A stretch of DNA of 64,000 nucleotides, from NCBI GenBank assembly GCA_965249685.1, contig CBDFMN010000002.1, positions 8,511 to 72,510 on the forward strand. Direction: 5' to 3'. Under the pieces are notes generated by a model. That model saw only the letters and a list, made by a program, of their open reading frames with translations. It was not told where the DNA came from and did not search any database. Position 1 is the first letter of the stretch, and each line of letters begins with the position of its first letter. A program made the position numbers and the translations under genes. Below are positions 9,652 through 18,702 of this stretch, one piece after another. This stretch comes from Beijerinckiaceae bacterium (GTDB taxonomy: Bacteria; Pseudomonadota; Alphaproteobacteria; Rhizobiales; Beijerinckiaceae).

Positions 9652-10914
9652 TTGGACTCGCTGCCGCCCGAAGTGTTCGTCAGCCGCATGGTGGTCGCGC
9701 GCATCTTCGGCCGTCCCCGCATCTACCTCGTCGATCCCGCGCTGATCCAGGACCTGCTGGTGCGTCGCGCCGACGCCGTGAGCAAGGGCCTGCAAACCAA
9801 GCGGACGCTCGGTCCTATCCTCGGCCAGGGTCTGCTGACGGCCGATGGCGCGCCGTGGCGCTGGCAACGCCAATCCATGGCGCCGACCTTCCAGCATGCG
9901 CGGCTCAAGACCTTCCTACCCACGATGATCGCCGCCGCCGAGGCCGCGCGCGACCGCTGGCCCGCCGCCGGCGGGATGGTCGACATCGGGTATGAGATGA
10001 TGGCGACGACGTTCCAGATCATCGTCGAAACGATGCTGTCGGGACCGAGCGGGATGGACATCGCGCGCGTCGAGCGCAGCGTCACGGACTACCTGCGCGC
10101 TACCAACTGGATGTTCGTGCTTGCCATTCTCAAGGCGCCGGCATCGACGCCGCATCCCGGGCGACGACGCGCGATGGCGGCCGCGGCCTACCTACGGGAC
10201 GCCGTAACGGCCATGGTCGGGCGGCGCCGCGCGAGCGAGGCCCGCGACGACCTCGTCAGCCTGTTGCTCGCCGCGCGCGACCCTGAGACCGGCCGGGGCA
10301 TGAACGACGCCGAACTGACCGACAACCTCCTCACCTTCATGACGGCGGGCCACGAGACGACGGCGCTCGGCCTGGGTTGGACCTTCCAGCTGCTGGCCCG
10401 CCATCCGATCGTCGCGCAGCGCGTGGCGGACGAAATCGAGGCGGTGACGGCAGGGGGTTCGGTCACGCCGGAGCATATCGACGCGCTCGTCTACACCCGC
10501 CAGGTATTTCAGGAGGCGCTGCGCCTCTACCCGCCGGCTCCGATCATCGCGCGGACCGTCGAAACCGCTATGACCCTGGCCGACCTGACGATCAAGGCCG
10601 AGACGGTCGTGGTCATCCCGATCTATGCGCTGCACCGGCATACCGCCCTTTGGCAGAACCCCGACGCCTTCGATCCCGACCGGTTTGCGCCCGAGGCCGT
10701 CAAGGGCCGCCATCGATACGCCTACATGCCGTTCGGCGGCGGCCCGCGCGTGTGCATCGGCAACGGGTTCGCGACCATGGAGGGAGTCGCGATCCTCGCG
10801 GTCCTTCTCAAGACCTTCCGCTTGGTCGAGACGACGGAGCCGCTTCCCGATGCGATCGTCAGGATCACGCTTCGGCCGAAGGTCGAACGGCCCCTCCGCG
10901 TGGCGGCGCGCTAG
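9652..10914 (+). CDS. Cytochrome P450 (start uncertain)
   Basis: AGHETT (I-helix), EALRLYPP (ExxR), PDRF and FGGGPRVCIG heme motif. Confidence 0.92.
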   Translation: MDSLPPEVFVSRMVVARIFGRPRIYLVDPALIQDLLVRRADAVSKGLQTKRTLGPILGQGLLTADGAPWRWQRQSMAPTFQHARLKTFLPTMIAAAEAARDRWPAAGGMVDIGYEMMATTFQIIVETMLSGPSGMDIARVERSVTDYLRATNWMFVLAILKAPASTPHPGRRRAMAAAAYLRDAVTAMVGRRRASEARDDLVSLLLAARDPETGRGMNDAELTDNLLTFMTAGHETTALGLGWTFQLLARHPIVAQRVADEIEAVTAGGSVTPEHIDALVYTRQVFQEALRLYPPAPIIARTVETAMTLADLTIKAETVVVIPIYALHRHTALWQNPDAFDPDRFAPEAVKGRHRYAYMPFGGGPRVCIGNGFATMEGVAILAVLLKTFRLVETTEPLPDAIVRITLRPKVERPLRVAAR

Positions 10915-10926
10915 GCGCGCGAACGG

Positions 10927-11076
10927 TCAGTCGGGCAGCCCCGTCCACATCCTGGCCACCACGCGCCGCCGGTCCCGCTCTCCCGCGATCTTGGCGAGGC
11001 GATCGGACGCCATCCTCGCGAGGAGGAAATGCAGACTCAAGACCAGGGCGAAAAGAACGGTTCCAACGGCGATCAT
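10927..11076 (-). CDS. Small single-TM protein (49 aa)
   Basis: ATG preceded by AAGGAA; MIAVGTVLFALVLSLHFLLA followed by a basic tail. Confidence 0.4.
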   Translation of the reverse strand: MIAVGTVLFALVLSLHFLLARMASDRLAKIAGERDRRRVVARMWTGLPD

Positions 11077-11337
11077 GACAGGTTCCTTCGGGGCGTCCCA
11101 CGCGCGACCGGCTCGCATCACCTCTGTCGAGCGACGGCTCGACAGCCGGGGTGCAGGCTTCCACTGGACGTGACCTCCACTGGACGACGTCACCATGGAC
11201 AGGTCGCCGATCTCGGGCTGAGCAACGGGTGGCCAGCGCGCGACGACGCTCACTATGCCCATAGAAGCGTCAGACCGGGCCATGGTTGCAGAATTCTAGA
11301 GCAACGCAGCCGCGCGCGTGGCGCCTACAGGGTCACG

Positions 11338-11586
11338 TTACGGGCAACCCGGGCGCCTGACGGAGTTTCCCGCGGCGTTGATGACGGGTTCGCACCCGTG
11401 GTCACCCGGTGCGTCAGGCTTGCCGGTGGCATAGCCGGTCGCCGACTTGAAGAAACTGAAAATCCCGCCGCCGGACGATTCCTGAGTGTCTTGGCGGTCG
11501 ACGAGGTTCTCGTTGTTGGCGAAGGCCGGGGCCGCACAGACCGCAGCGGCCAAGGCCAACATCAGGCAAAGGGACGCGCGCTTCAT
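11338..11586 (-). CDS. Small secreted protein with two C-terminal Cys
   Basis: AGGAG RBS upstream; signal peptide MKRASLCLMLALAAAVCAAPAFA; ends GCEPVINAAGNSVRRPGCP. Confidence 0.7.
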   Translation of the reverse strand: MKRASLCLMLALAAAVCAAPAFANNENLVDRQDTQESSGGGIFSFFKSATGYATGKPDAPGDHGCEPVINAAGNSVRRPGCP

Positions 11587-11737
11587 CGACAAGGCGTCTC
11601 TCCTTTCAGCGGATCGGCGTCGGGATCATGGTCAGAATTGTTTGCCGACGCAACACCGGTTCGCCGCGTTTAAGTGCTGCCCGACAGGCGGTCGCATCAT
11701 CGATAAAAGAGCGCGGGTAATCCAGGCGGTGCGGGCG

Positions 11738-11812
11738 TGGTGGGCACGACAGGGATTGAACCTGTGACCCCTCCCATGTCAAGGGAGTGCTCTCCCGCTG
11801 AGCTACGCGCCC
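11738..11812 (-). tRNA. tRNA-Val(GAC)
   Basis: GGGCGCG acceptor stem, CTCCC-TTGACAT-GGGAG anticodon arm, GGTTCAATCC T-arm, encoded CCA. Confidence 0.98.
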
Positions 11813-11934
11813 CACGCACCGTTCGCTCCGCAGACCCGGGTCGTCCGCGAGACGCCGGATATATCGGCATGGGCGGGGGGACGCAACCGGAAAGCCGGTC
11901 GCGAGCGCGAAATCCCCCACGCCATCCCGGTTGT

Positions 11935-12300
11935 CTAGGCCGCGAGGAGGCGTTGCACCTCATTGACGAGGTCTTTGAGGTGGAACGGCTTGGACAGGAT
12001 CTTCGCCTGCTTGGGAGCGTTGTTGTCCGGGTTCAGCGCCACGGCCGCAAAGCCGGTGATGAACATGACCTTGATGTCGGGGTCGAGTTCCGTTGCCCGG
12101 CGCGCCAGTTCGATCCCGTCCATCTCCGGCATGACGATGTCGGTCAGCAGCAGCTCGAAGGGTTCCTCGCGCAGTCTGTTGTAGGCCGACAGGCCGTTGT
12201 CGAAGGAGGAGACGTCGAAGCCGGCGTTTTGCAGCGCCTTGGACAGGAAGCGCCGCATGTCGTTATCGTCCTCGGCAAGCAGGATCTTGGAGTTCACCAT
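11935..12300 (-). CDS. cpdR: Single-domain response regulator CpdR
   Basis: KILLAEDDNDMRRFL, LLLTDIVMPEMDGIELA, FITGFAAVAL, LSKPFHL. Confidence 0.93.
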   Translation of the reverse strand: MVNSKILLAEDDNDMRRFLSKALQNAGFDVSSFDNGLSAYNRLREEPFELLLTDIVMPEMDGIELARRATELDPDIKVMFITGFAAVALNPDNNAPKQAKILSKPFHLKDLVNEVQRLLAA

Positions 12301-12371
12301 ATCATCCGTTTCGTTCATCAAGCCTGCCCTCGGCGCATCGCAGCACCTACGGCTACTTGTGTAAAGATCAG

Positions 12372-12387
12372 GTGAACGATTGGTTAA
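12372..12387 (-). promoter_or_regulatory. Putative CtrA-binding site upstream of cpdR
   Basis: Minus strand TTAA-CCAATCG-TTCAC, one mismatch to TTAA-N7-TTAAC. Confidence 0.55.
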
Positions 12388-12547
12388 TGTCGCAAGGGAC
12401 GCAGGCCGTGCCGGCTTCTAAATACGACGATTGCATCCTAGGATCGGGAAGGGCCGAGCGTCGCGCGCGGACCACCCGGCCCGCTCGCGTCCGATTGTGG
12501 TGCGGATACGGCAGTTTGCGCGCAACAGCCAGCCTGAAAGGCCGCCC

Positions 12548-13483
12548 ATGACTAGCGGAAAGCCGCCGGACCTCGATGCCGGCCGCCACGGAGCCGAGCC
12601 GGAATTCGACACGCCTTTCGACGTGATCGAACCGAAAACGCTGTCGTGCCCGCTTGTCATCTCCTCGCCGCACTCCGGCTCGATCTATTCCAGGCGTTTT
12701 CTCGCGAGCGCACGGCTTGACGCGCTGGCGCTGCGGCGCTCGGAGGACGCGTTCGTCGATACGCTTTTTTCCGGCGCGGTGGACCTCGGCGCGCCGCTGA
12801 TTCGAGCCCGCTTCCCGCGCGCCTACCTCGACGTGAACCGCGAGCCTTACGAGCTCGACCCGCGCATGTTCGACGGGCGCCTGCCGGACCACGCCAACAC
12901 CCGCTCGGTCCGCGTGGCGGGGGGGCTCGGCACCATCGCCCGCGTGGTCGGCGAATCGCAGGAGATCTACGCGGGCCGCCTCAGCGTGGAAGAGGGCCTC
13001 GCGCGGATCGAGCGGCTCTACAAACCCTACCACGCCGCCCTGCGGCAGCTGCTCGACCGGGCCCTGCGCCTGTTCGGTATCGCGGTGCTGGTGGATTGCC
13101 ACTCCATGCCATCGGCGCCCGCCTTCGCTGGGCCTGGCGCGGACAAGCGACTGAAGACCGACATCGTGCTCGGCGACCGCTACGGCACGAGCTGCGACAA
13201 GGACCTAGTCGACGTGCTGGAGCAGGCGATCCGCGGCTACGGCTACGTCGTGCAGCGCAACAAGCCGTATGCGGGAGGCTACATCACCGAGCATTACGGC
13301 GCGCCGCTCGCCGGCTGCCACGCGGTGCAGATCGAGGTCAACCGATCCCTCTACATGGATGAGCGCCAGTTGGAGAAGACGGCGCGGTTCGATGCAATGG
13401 TGGCGGCCATGACCGGTGCCGTCGGTGCCCTGGCCCAGGAGACCATGCGGCGACTTGGCCCGATGAAGGCGGCGGCCGAGTGA
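12548..13483 (+). CDS. N-formylglutamate amidohydrolase
   Basis: SSPHSG, RAYLDVNREPYELD, DCHSMP, GDRYG, YAGGYITEHYG, QIEVNR. Confidence 0.93.
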   Translation: MTSGKPPDLDAGRHGAEPEFDTPFDVIEPKTLSCPLVISSPHSGSIYSRRFLASARLDALALRRSEDAFVDTLFSGAVDLGAPLIRARFPRAYLDVNREPYELDPRMFDGRLPDHANTRSVRVAGGLGTIARVVGESQEIYAGRLSVEEGLARIERLYKPYHAALRQLLDRALRLFGIAVLVDCHSMPSAPAFAGPGADKRLKTDIVLGDRYGTSCDKDLVDVLEQAIRGYGYVVQRNKPYAGGYITEHYGAPLAGCHAVQIEVNRSLYMDERQLEKTARFDAMVAAMTGAVGALAQETMRRLGPMKAAAE

Positions 13484-13513
13484 CGCTCTGCGCCGGTGCG
13501 CCAAACCCGGGAT

Positions 13514-13600
13514 AAAAAAGGGCCGCCTGCGTCATCGCAAGCGGCCCAAGTCTAGGGAGGAAACGCCCAAAAGGGCATCGGCGGTAGCCAGGCTACCGCA
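13514..13600 (-). ncRNA. mmgR: MmgR / alpha-r8-type small RNA
   Basis: Two hairpins, the decamer TTTCCTCCCT (13554-13563, minus strand) and a GGGCCGC...GCGGCCC-TTTTTT terminator; lies between N-formylglutamate amidohydrolase and hisN, the known alpha-r8 position. 5' end approximate. Confidence 0.8.
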
Positions 13601-13759
13601 CCGCATCACGATGTCGGTGCATGGCACAAAACACAAGTCTCCACACGGCCTCTCGCTATCACGAAATGCTGCCCTGCAGAATATGCAGGGCTTCTGGAGT
13701 GGGACGGTTGCGGCGACCCGATAGGCGTGGCACTCCGAAGCCTTGCAGGAGACGCCTCC

Positions 13760-14560
13760 ATGACAGCCGTTGACTTCGCCGCTTTCGTCGAAAAACTCGG
13801 CGACGCCGCCAGCGAGGCCATCCTGCCCTTCTTCCGCACCATGCTGGGCGCGGAGGACAAGAATGTCGGCGGCACCTTCGATCCCGTCACCGAGGCCGAC
13901 CGTGCCGCGGAGGTCGCGATGCGCCGCATGATCGAGCGCACCTTCCCCGCCCACGGCATCATCGGCGAGGAATTCGGCTCGCTGCGCGGCGATGCCGACT
14001 ACGTCTGGGTGCTCGACCCGATCGACGGCACGAAATCCTTCATCTCCGGCCTGCCGACCTGGGGGGTGCTCATCGGCCTGATGCACAACGGCCGGCCGAC
14101 CTATGGGACGATGGTGCAACCTTATACGGGGGAACGGTTCGTCGGCGACTGCGGGAGCGCCTTTTGGCACGGCCTTAACCCGCGCAGAACGCGCGAGCGC
14201 CGCCGGCTGGAGACGCGCCGCTGCGAGAGCTTCGCCGCGGCCACTGTGATGACGACCTCACCCCTGCTCTACAAGGACGAGAAACTCGCGGCGCTGCGCC
14301 GGCTCGAGGCCGACGCCCGGCTCGTGCGCTACGGCTGCGACTGCTACGCCTTCGCCATGCTCGCCGCCGGTCACGTCGATTGCGTGGTGGAGACCGGGCT
14401 CCAACCCTACGATATCGTCGCTCTCGTGCCCATCATCGAGGGCGCAGGCGGCATCGTCACGACCTGGGAGGGTGGCCCGCCGGCCAAGGGCGGCGACATC
14501 GTCGCGGCCGGCGACGAACGCCTGCACAGGCTGGCTCTGGAGCGGCTGAGAGAGCAATAG
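13760..14560 (+). CDS. hisN: Histidinol-phosphatase (inositol monophosphatase family)
   Basis: FDPVTEADRAAE, IIGEEFG, WVLDPIDGTKSFISG, DCYAF and PYD motifs. Confidence 0.9.
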   Translation: MTAVDFAAFVEKLGDAASEAILPFFRTMLGAEDKNVGGTFDPVTEADRAAEVAMRRMIERTFPAHGIIGEEFGSLRGDADYVWVLDPIDGTKSFISGLPTWGVLIGLMHNGRPTYGTMVQPYTGERFVGDCGSAFWHGLNPRRTRERRRLETRRCESFAAATVMTTSPLLYKDEKLAALRRLEADARLVRYGCDCYAFAMLAAGHVDCVVETGLQPYDIVALVPIIEGAGGIVTTWEGGPPAKGGDIVAAGDERLHRLALERLREQ

Positions 14561-14665
14561 GCCTTGATTCGAAACCGCCTCGCGACCCGTATCCTGCCGT
14601 CCCGGCTCCCGTTGTCCGCAGCGGGGGCAAATCGTCAAGAGCCGAGGTTGTCGTAACGGGTGGCT

Positions 14666-15382
14666 CTAACGCGCGGCGAAGGCGTGGCGCAGGTAGGTCT
14701 GCATGAAACCCGGCATCCGGTCTTCCTGGAAGTCGGCCGCCGAGCGCATGGGCACGAGGGCGTCGAGCTCGGGGTCGTCCTCCGCGGCGCGGAAGGCCGC
14801 GAAGCGGTCCAGCATCGCACCCGCGTCGAGGTGGCAACGCACCCGCTTCAGGCAGGCAAGGCGCGCACCGTCGACCACGAGCGTCCAATCCGCGTCGAGG
14901 CTGACGTCGGCGGACGTCAGGCCGGTCTCCTCGGCCAGTTCGCGCAGGATATTGCCGGCGAGATCGACCGTGCCGTCGGCGCGGACGTCGGCCGGCTCCG
15001 GCGTGCCGGCGGGAAAGTAGAGGCGCCCGGCGCTCGTTGTGCCCGCACCCATCCTCCCCAGCATGAAGGCGCCGTCGGCCGATTCCAGCGCCCCCATCGG
15101 AAACAGGTTGAAGACCGGCGGCCCGGGAAAGCCGAAGTCGCGCCAACACAGGAAAGGCTTGTAGCTCGTCTCGAAGCCAGCCGCGCGCAGGACGCCGCCC
15201 GGCTCCAGGGCGACCCGGTGGGCGACCAGCACACGCCCGTCGAAGACTGCGGGCTTGGCGGCGACGATGGCGGCCCAATGCGCGTCGATCGCGGCCGACT
15301 GCTCGCGGGGGAAGGCCCAGTCGTAGGGTTCGCAGCGGTAGTCGATGGCGGCGGCGGCCTGGATGCCTTGGAGCGCGGTCAC
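14666..15382 (-). CDS. NUDIX-fold hydrolase
   Basis: LYFPAGTPEPAD ... ILRELAEETGL; GTG start overlaps the phzF-family stop. Confidence 0.8.
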   Translation of the reverse strand: MTALQGIQAAAAIDYRCEPYDWAFPREQSAAIDAHWAAIVAAKPAVFDGRVLVAHRVALEPGGVLRAAGFETSYKPFLCWRDFGFPGPPVFNLFPMGALESADGAFMLGRMGAGTTSAGRLYFPAGTPEPADVRADGTVDLAGNILRELAEETGLTSADVSLDADWTLVVDGARLACLKRVRCHLDAGAMLDRFAAFRAAEDDPELDALVPMRSAADFQEDRMPGFMQTYLRHAFAAR

Positions 15383-16272
15383 AGGTCGAGGAAGCCTTCG
15401 GCGACGAGGACGGCGGAGCCGCCGATGGCGATGCGGCCGAGGCGCCCCCCCTCGACGCTGAAGGCGGCCCCGATGAGACTCGGCCGGCCCATCTCGACCC
15501 CCTGCTGCAGCGTGCAATCGTGGTCGCCTTCGCCCAGGCCGCCGGCCTGGAGGAGCACCGCGGGGAAGGCCGCTGCCGCCGCCCCGGTCGCGGGGTCCTC
15601 GCTGATCCCCAGGCCGCTCGCCATCATCCGCGTGCGAAAGGCGTGCGGCCGCCCGGACCCATCGGGCGCGTACAGGTAGAAGGGGCCGCCGCCCTGCCCC
15701 GGTGAACCCCGGAGGACGACGCGGCCGAGAGCCTCCGTTGACGCCAGGGGGATGAAGGTGAACGGGACGCCGGCCGAGAAGCAGGTGGGTTCGTGCCCGG
15801 CGAAGCCGATGGCCTCGATCTCCAGGCCGAGCAGTGCGGCGGCGTCGCCGCGCGAAGGCGCCGCGCCCGCGTGATCCGGCAGGCGCGGCACGTCGAAGGA
15901 GGCGTGGGGCGCCTCGCCCCGGCGATGGCGAACGCTGCAGGAGACGGGGCCGACGCCCTCCTCCAGCACCAGGCCGACGTCCTGGCCGGCGAGCAGGTCG
16001 GGGGCTTGGAGCTTGGCGAGAAGCACCGCCGTGCCGACCGTCGGGTGCCCGGCGAACGGCAGTTCGGTCGCGGGCGTGAAGATCCGCAGGCTGGCGGTGT
16101 GGATGGGGTCGGCGGGGGGACGGACGAACACCGTCTCCGACAGGTTGAACTCCCGGGCGATCCGCTGCATGGCGGGGGCGTCGAGACCCTGGCTGTCCAG
16201 CACCACCGCGAGCGGGTTGCCGGCGAGGGGCACGGCGGTAAACACATCGAGGATATGGTATCGTCGCCGCAT
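15379..16272 (-). CDS. PhzF family isomerase/epimerase
   Basis: [49 protein letters not shown]. Confidence 0.92.
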   Translation of the reverse strand: MRRRYHILDVFTAVPLAGNPLAVVLDSQGLDAPAMQRIAREFNLSETVFVRPPADPIHTASLRIFTPATELPFAGHPTVGTAVLLAKLQAPDLLAGQDVGLVLEEGVGPVSCSVRHRRGEAPHASFDVPRLPDHAGAAPSRGDAAALLGLEIEAIGFAGHEPTCFSAGVPFTFIPLASTEALGRVVLRGSPGQGGGPFYLYAPDGSGRPHAFRTRMMASGLGISEDPATGAAAAAFPAVLLQAGGLGEGDHDCTLQQGVEMGRPSLIGAAFSVEGGRLGRIAIGGSAVLVAEGFLDL

Positions 16273-16369
16273 GTCTCTCTCCCCGTCGGAGGCTGGATGC
16301 ACGGGCGCGCCGCCCGCCGTCAAGCCACTAGTCCGGACCCCTCGCCTCAGCATCACACAAGGACCGCCA

Positions 16370-16702
16370 ATGCCTCCCAATTATTCGGTCGAGAACGTCA
16401 GCCGCGAGGATCTCAAGCACGGCTTGGCGGATGGCACGGTCTCCCTGGTGGATGTCCGCGAACCGCACGAATTCGCCGACGGGCACATCCCCGGCGCGAC
16501 CCTCAACGCGTTGCAGGGCTTCGACCCCGGCGCTCTCCCGCCCCCGCGCGCGGGACACCGGATCGTGCTGGCCTGCCGCTCGGGCAAGCGGTCGCTCGTG
16601 GCGATCGACCTCGCCCAGGCGGCCGGCCGCACGGACGTCACCGCGCATTACCCCGGCGGCATGCTGGATTGGAACGCCGCCGGCGAGCCGATCGCCGAGT
16701 AG
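16370..16702 (+). CDS. Rhodanese-like protein
   Basis: [32 protein letters not shown]. Confidence 0.9.
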   Translation: MPPNYSVENVSREDLKHGLADGTVSLVDVREPHEFADGHIPGATLNALQGFDPGALPPPRAGHRIVLACRSGKRSLVAIDLAQAAGRTDVTAHYPGGMLDWNAAGEPIAE

Positions 16703-16790
16703 CCCGACGCTCCCGGTCGAAGGAGCGAGCGACTTGACGGCACCCCGCCGCGCGCCATGTCTGCTTACACCGAGTACAGGGAGATCAGAG

Positions 16791-17051
16791 ATGAAGCTTC
16801 GTCTAATCCTCGCCGCCACGTTGATGGCCGCGACGGCCATGCCTCTGACGGCAGATGCCCAGGGCCTGTTCGGCGGCGCGCGGGAGGGCTTCCGCGAGGG
16901 TGATCGCAGGGCGGGGCCAGTCGGCGCGGTCGTCGGCGGCGCGGTCGGCGCGGGTGTCGGCACGGTCAACGGCGCCCTCGGCATCAGGCCGAGCTACTAC
17001 CACGGGCGCCGCTGCATCTACCGCCACGGTCGCCGTCGCTGCCGGTATTGA
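16791..17051 (+). CDS. Small secreted glycine-zipper protein
   Basis: GGAG RBS; signal peptide; AGPVGAVVGGAVGAGVGTVNGALG; Arg/Tyr/His-rich tail. Confidence 0.75.
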   Translation: MKLRLILAATLMAATAMPLTADAQGLFGGAREGFREGDRRAGPVGAVVGGAVGAGVGTVNGALGIRPSYYHGRRCIYRHGRRRCRY

Positions 17052-17097
17052 AATCGGCGTCTCGAGAGGCGGACGCGTCCGCCCGCGCCCTTCCGCG

Positions 17098-17122
17098 GGA
17101 ACGTCCGGCCGGCCCGACCGTT
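17098..17122 (+). promoter_or_regulatory. Sigma-EcfG (general stress) promoter
   Basis: Exact GGAAC-N16-CGTT ending 27 bp before the ATG at 17150. Confidence 0.8.
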
Positions 17123-17149
17123 GTCGGGACGAACCACGGAGATACAATC

Positions 17150-17431
17150 ATGGCGTTTAAGCAAGCAGCTCTCGTTCTCGGCCTGGCGATTCTGATCCCG
17201 GCCTCAGCCTTCGCGCAGGGCACCGTTCGCGGCGCACGCGAAGGCGCCGAGAGTGGCGCCGATGCGGCGGGTCCCGTCGGCGGGATCGTCGGTGGTGCGG
17301 TTGGCGCGGCGACCGGGACGGTCGGCGGCGTGCTTGGCGTGCAGGGCGATCGCGGTTGCGAGTCACGCACCGTGCGGCGCGAGAGCGGCGACGGCGACTC
17401 GGAGACGGTGCACCGCACCAACTGCCCGTAG
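17150..17431 (+). CDS. Small secreted glycine-zipper protein (paralog of 16791-17051)
   Basis: GGAG RBS; signal peptide; AGPVGGIVGGAVGAATGTVGGVLG; two Cys in the tail. Confidence 0.78.
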   Translation: MAFKQAALVLGLAILIPASAFAQGTVRGAREGAESGADAAGPVGGIVGGAVGAATGTVGGVLGVQGDRGCESRTVRRESGDGDSETVHRTNCP

Positions 17432-17458
17432 GCGCTTCTACCTGGACTGTCCCGGCTT

Positions 17459-17500
17459 GCAAAAACCCCGGATCGCCTGGCGGCGGTCCGGGGTTTTTGC
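17459..17500 (+). terminator. Intrinsic terminator
   Basis: GCAAAAACCCCGGA ... TCCGGGGTTTTTGC. Confidence 0.85.
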
Positions 17501-17735
17501 ATGCGGCCGGTCAGGGTGGCCTCGCTCGCCATCGAGGGTGAGAAAACTTTGCAGCGCCGTGGTCCAGATCCGACGCAAGGCCGCTCGGCCAGCCGACCAA
17601 GCGCGCGGGGCCGATCGAGCGGTTGCATGCCGCGTCGATCCATGGTGAAGGCGTAGACGGAACAATCCAAGGATACGCGGCCGCAAAGACGGGCGAGTCG
17701 ACTTGGACGAGCGAGATGCTTGGGAGACGAGTGAG

Positions 17736-17978
17736 ATGAGAGCGAGTTGCACTTGCGTCCTGCTGCTGAGCGCCCTCCTCGCGGGCGCGCCGTCTGCCAG
17801 CGCCCAGATGATGGTCGATCGCGACCGCGGCGAGCGCGTTGACGCTCCCTACGCACCGAGCTTCCACGCGCGCCGCGCCGGTCATCGCTACGATCGCCGG
17901 CGGCACTCGCGCTTCCTCGCGCTGCGACGCGACTTTCCCGCACCGGACTCGCTCGGCTGGTCCGATTGCTGCCTCTAA
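17736..17978 (+). CDS. Small predicted secreted hypothetical protein
   Basis: Signal-like VLLLSALLAGAPSASA; Arg-rich mature region ending DCCL. Confidence 0.4.
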   Translation: MRASCTCVLLLSALLAGAPSASAQMMVDRDRGERVDAPYAPSFHARRAGHRYDRRRHSRFLALRRDFPAPDSLGWSDCCL

Positions 17979-18009
17979 AGGGCGGGCATCGGCTCGGCCA
18001 AGGCGAGTT

Positions 18010-18041
18010 TGGTGCGGCAAGGACGCTTCAAACCTTCGACC
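18010..18041 (-). repeat. Degenerate copy of the tRNA-Thr 3' end (att-like)
   Basis: TGGTGCGGCAAGGACGCTTCAAACCTTCGACC vs TGGTGCCGCAAGAGAGATTCGAACTCCCGACC: 23/32 identical without gaps (hand count). Confidence 0.5.
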
Positions 18042-18140
18042 TCTCCTGACACGTTCATGCGGCTCGATAGAGTCACGTACCCGCGGCGGAGCTTTCAAAA
18101 GCCGCATGCGACACTCTCGAATTGTTTGGGGCGGAAGCGT

Positions 18141-18512
18141 TTACTTCAACGTCTGCTTCTCGACATTGCCGAACAGGACGATGCTCTCGATCCGGTGGTC
18201 CTCGTCGAAGACCAGGATATCGTAGCCTGTAAAGCCGCCGTTCCCCCCGGCATCGACGAACTGCCACGTGGCCATGGCATTGGCCTCCCAGCCGAGCATG
18301 GCCAGAAAACGGAAGCAGCCGCCCGGGCTTCGGCTCTGGAACCCCTCGAGGTGCTCGATCAAGTCGGCGATGCCGGTCCTCGTCTTCATCGGGTTCTTGA
18401 AGACGATCGCTTCCGTCACGCTCTCGCGCAGGAGGCGCAGGCGCTCGTCGCCGGTAACCGGCCCCCATGTGGAAAGATAGGTCGCGTACGCGGCCACTCG
18501 AACATCGGTCAT
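18141..18512 (-). CDS. SnoaL/NTF2-like protein
   Basis: DERLRLLRESVTEAIVFKNP ... WQFVD ... GYDILVFDEDHRIESIVLF. Confidence 0.8.
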   Translation of the reverse strand: MTDVRVAAYATYLSTWGPVTGDERLRLLRESVTEAIVFKNPMKTRTGIADLIEHLEGFQSRSPGGCFRFLAMLGWEANAMATWQFVDAGGNGGFTGYDILVFDEDHRIESIVLFGNVEKQTLK

Positions 18513-18702
18513 GTCATTCTTCTCCAGCTTGACGTTGTTGGGGCGTGACGCCGCATGGCGAGCGAGCGGGACCGGCGCGTCCCAACGCGACACGGCCGCG
18601 ATGGACCCGGAATGCCGACCGCATGGGCAACGCCTCTAGGGTACGAGGCCGAACGACCGGCGGCGTTGCGGCGATGCGGTCGAAGGCGGTACAGCACGGG
18701 GT

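Noticed and set aside
11160-11186. Short direct repeat CCACTGGACG x2
   Set aside because: Two copies only, no clear promoter context; plausible by chance or slippage.
9530-11737. tRNA-Val-anchored island
   Set aside because: No duplicate of the tRNA-Val 3' end and no integrase found; the region is accessory-looking only.
11606-11920. 104-aa ORF over tRNA-Val
   Set aside because: Shadow translation of the tRNA gene; no coding features.
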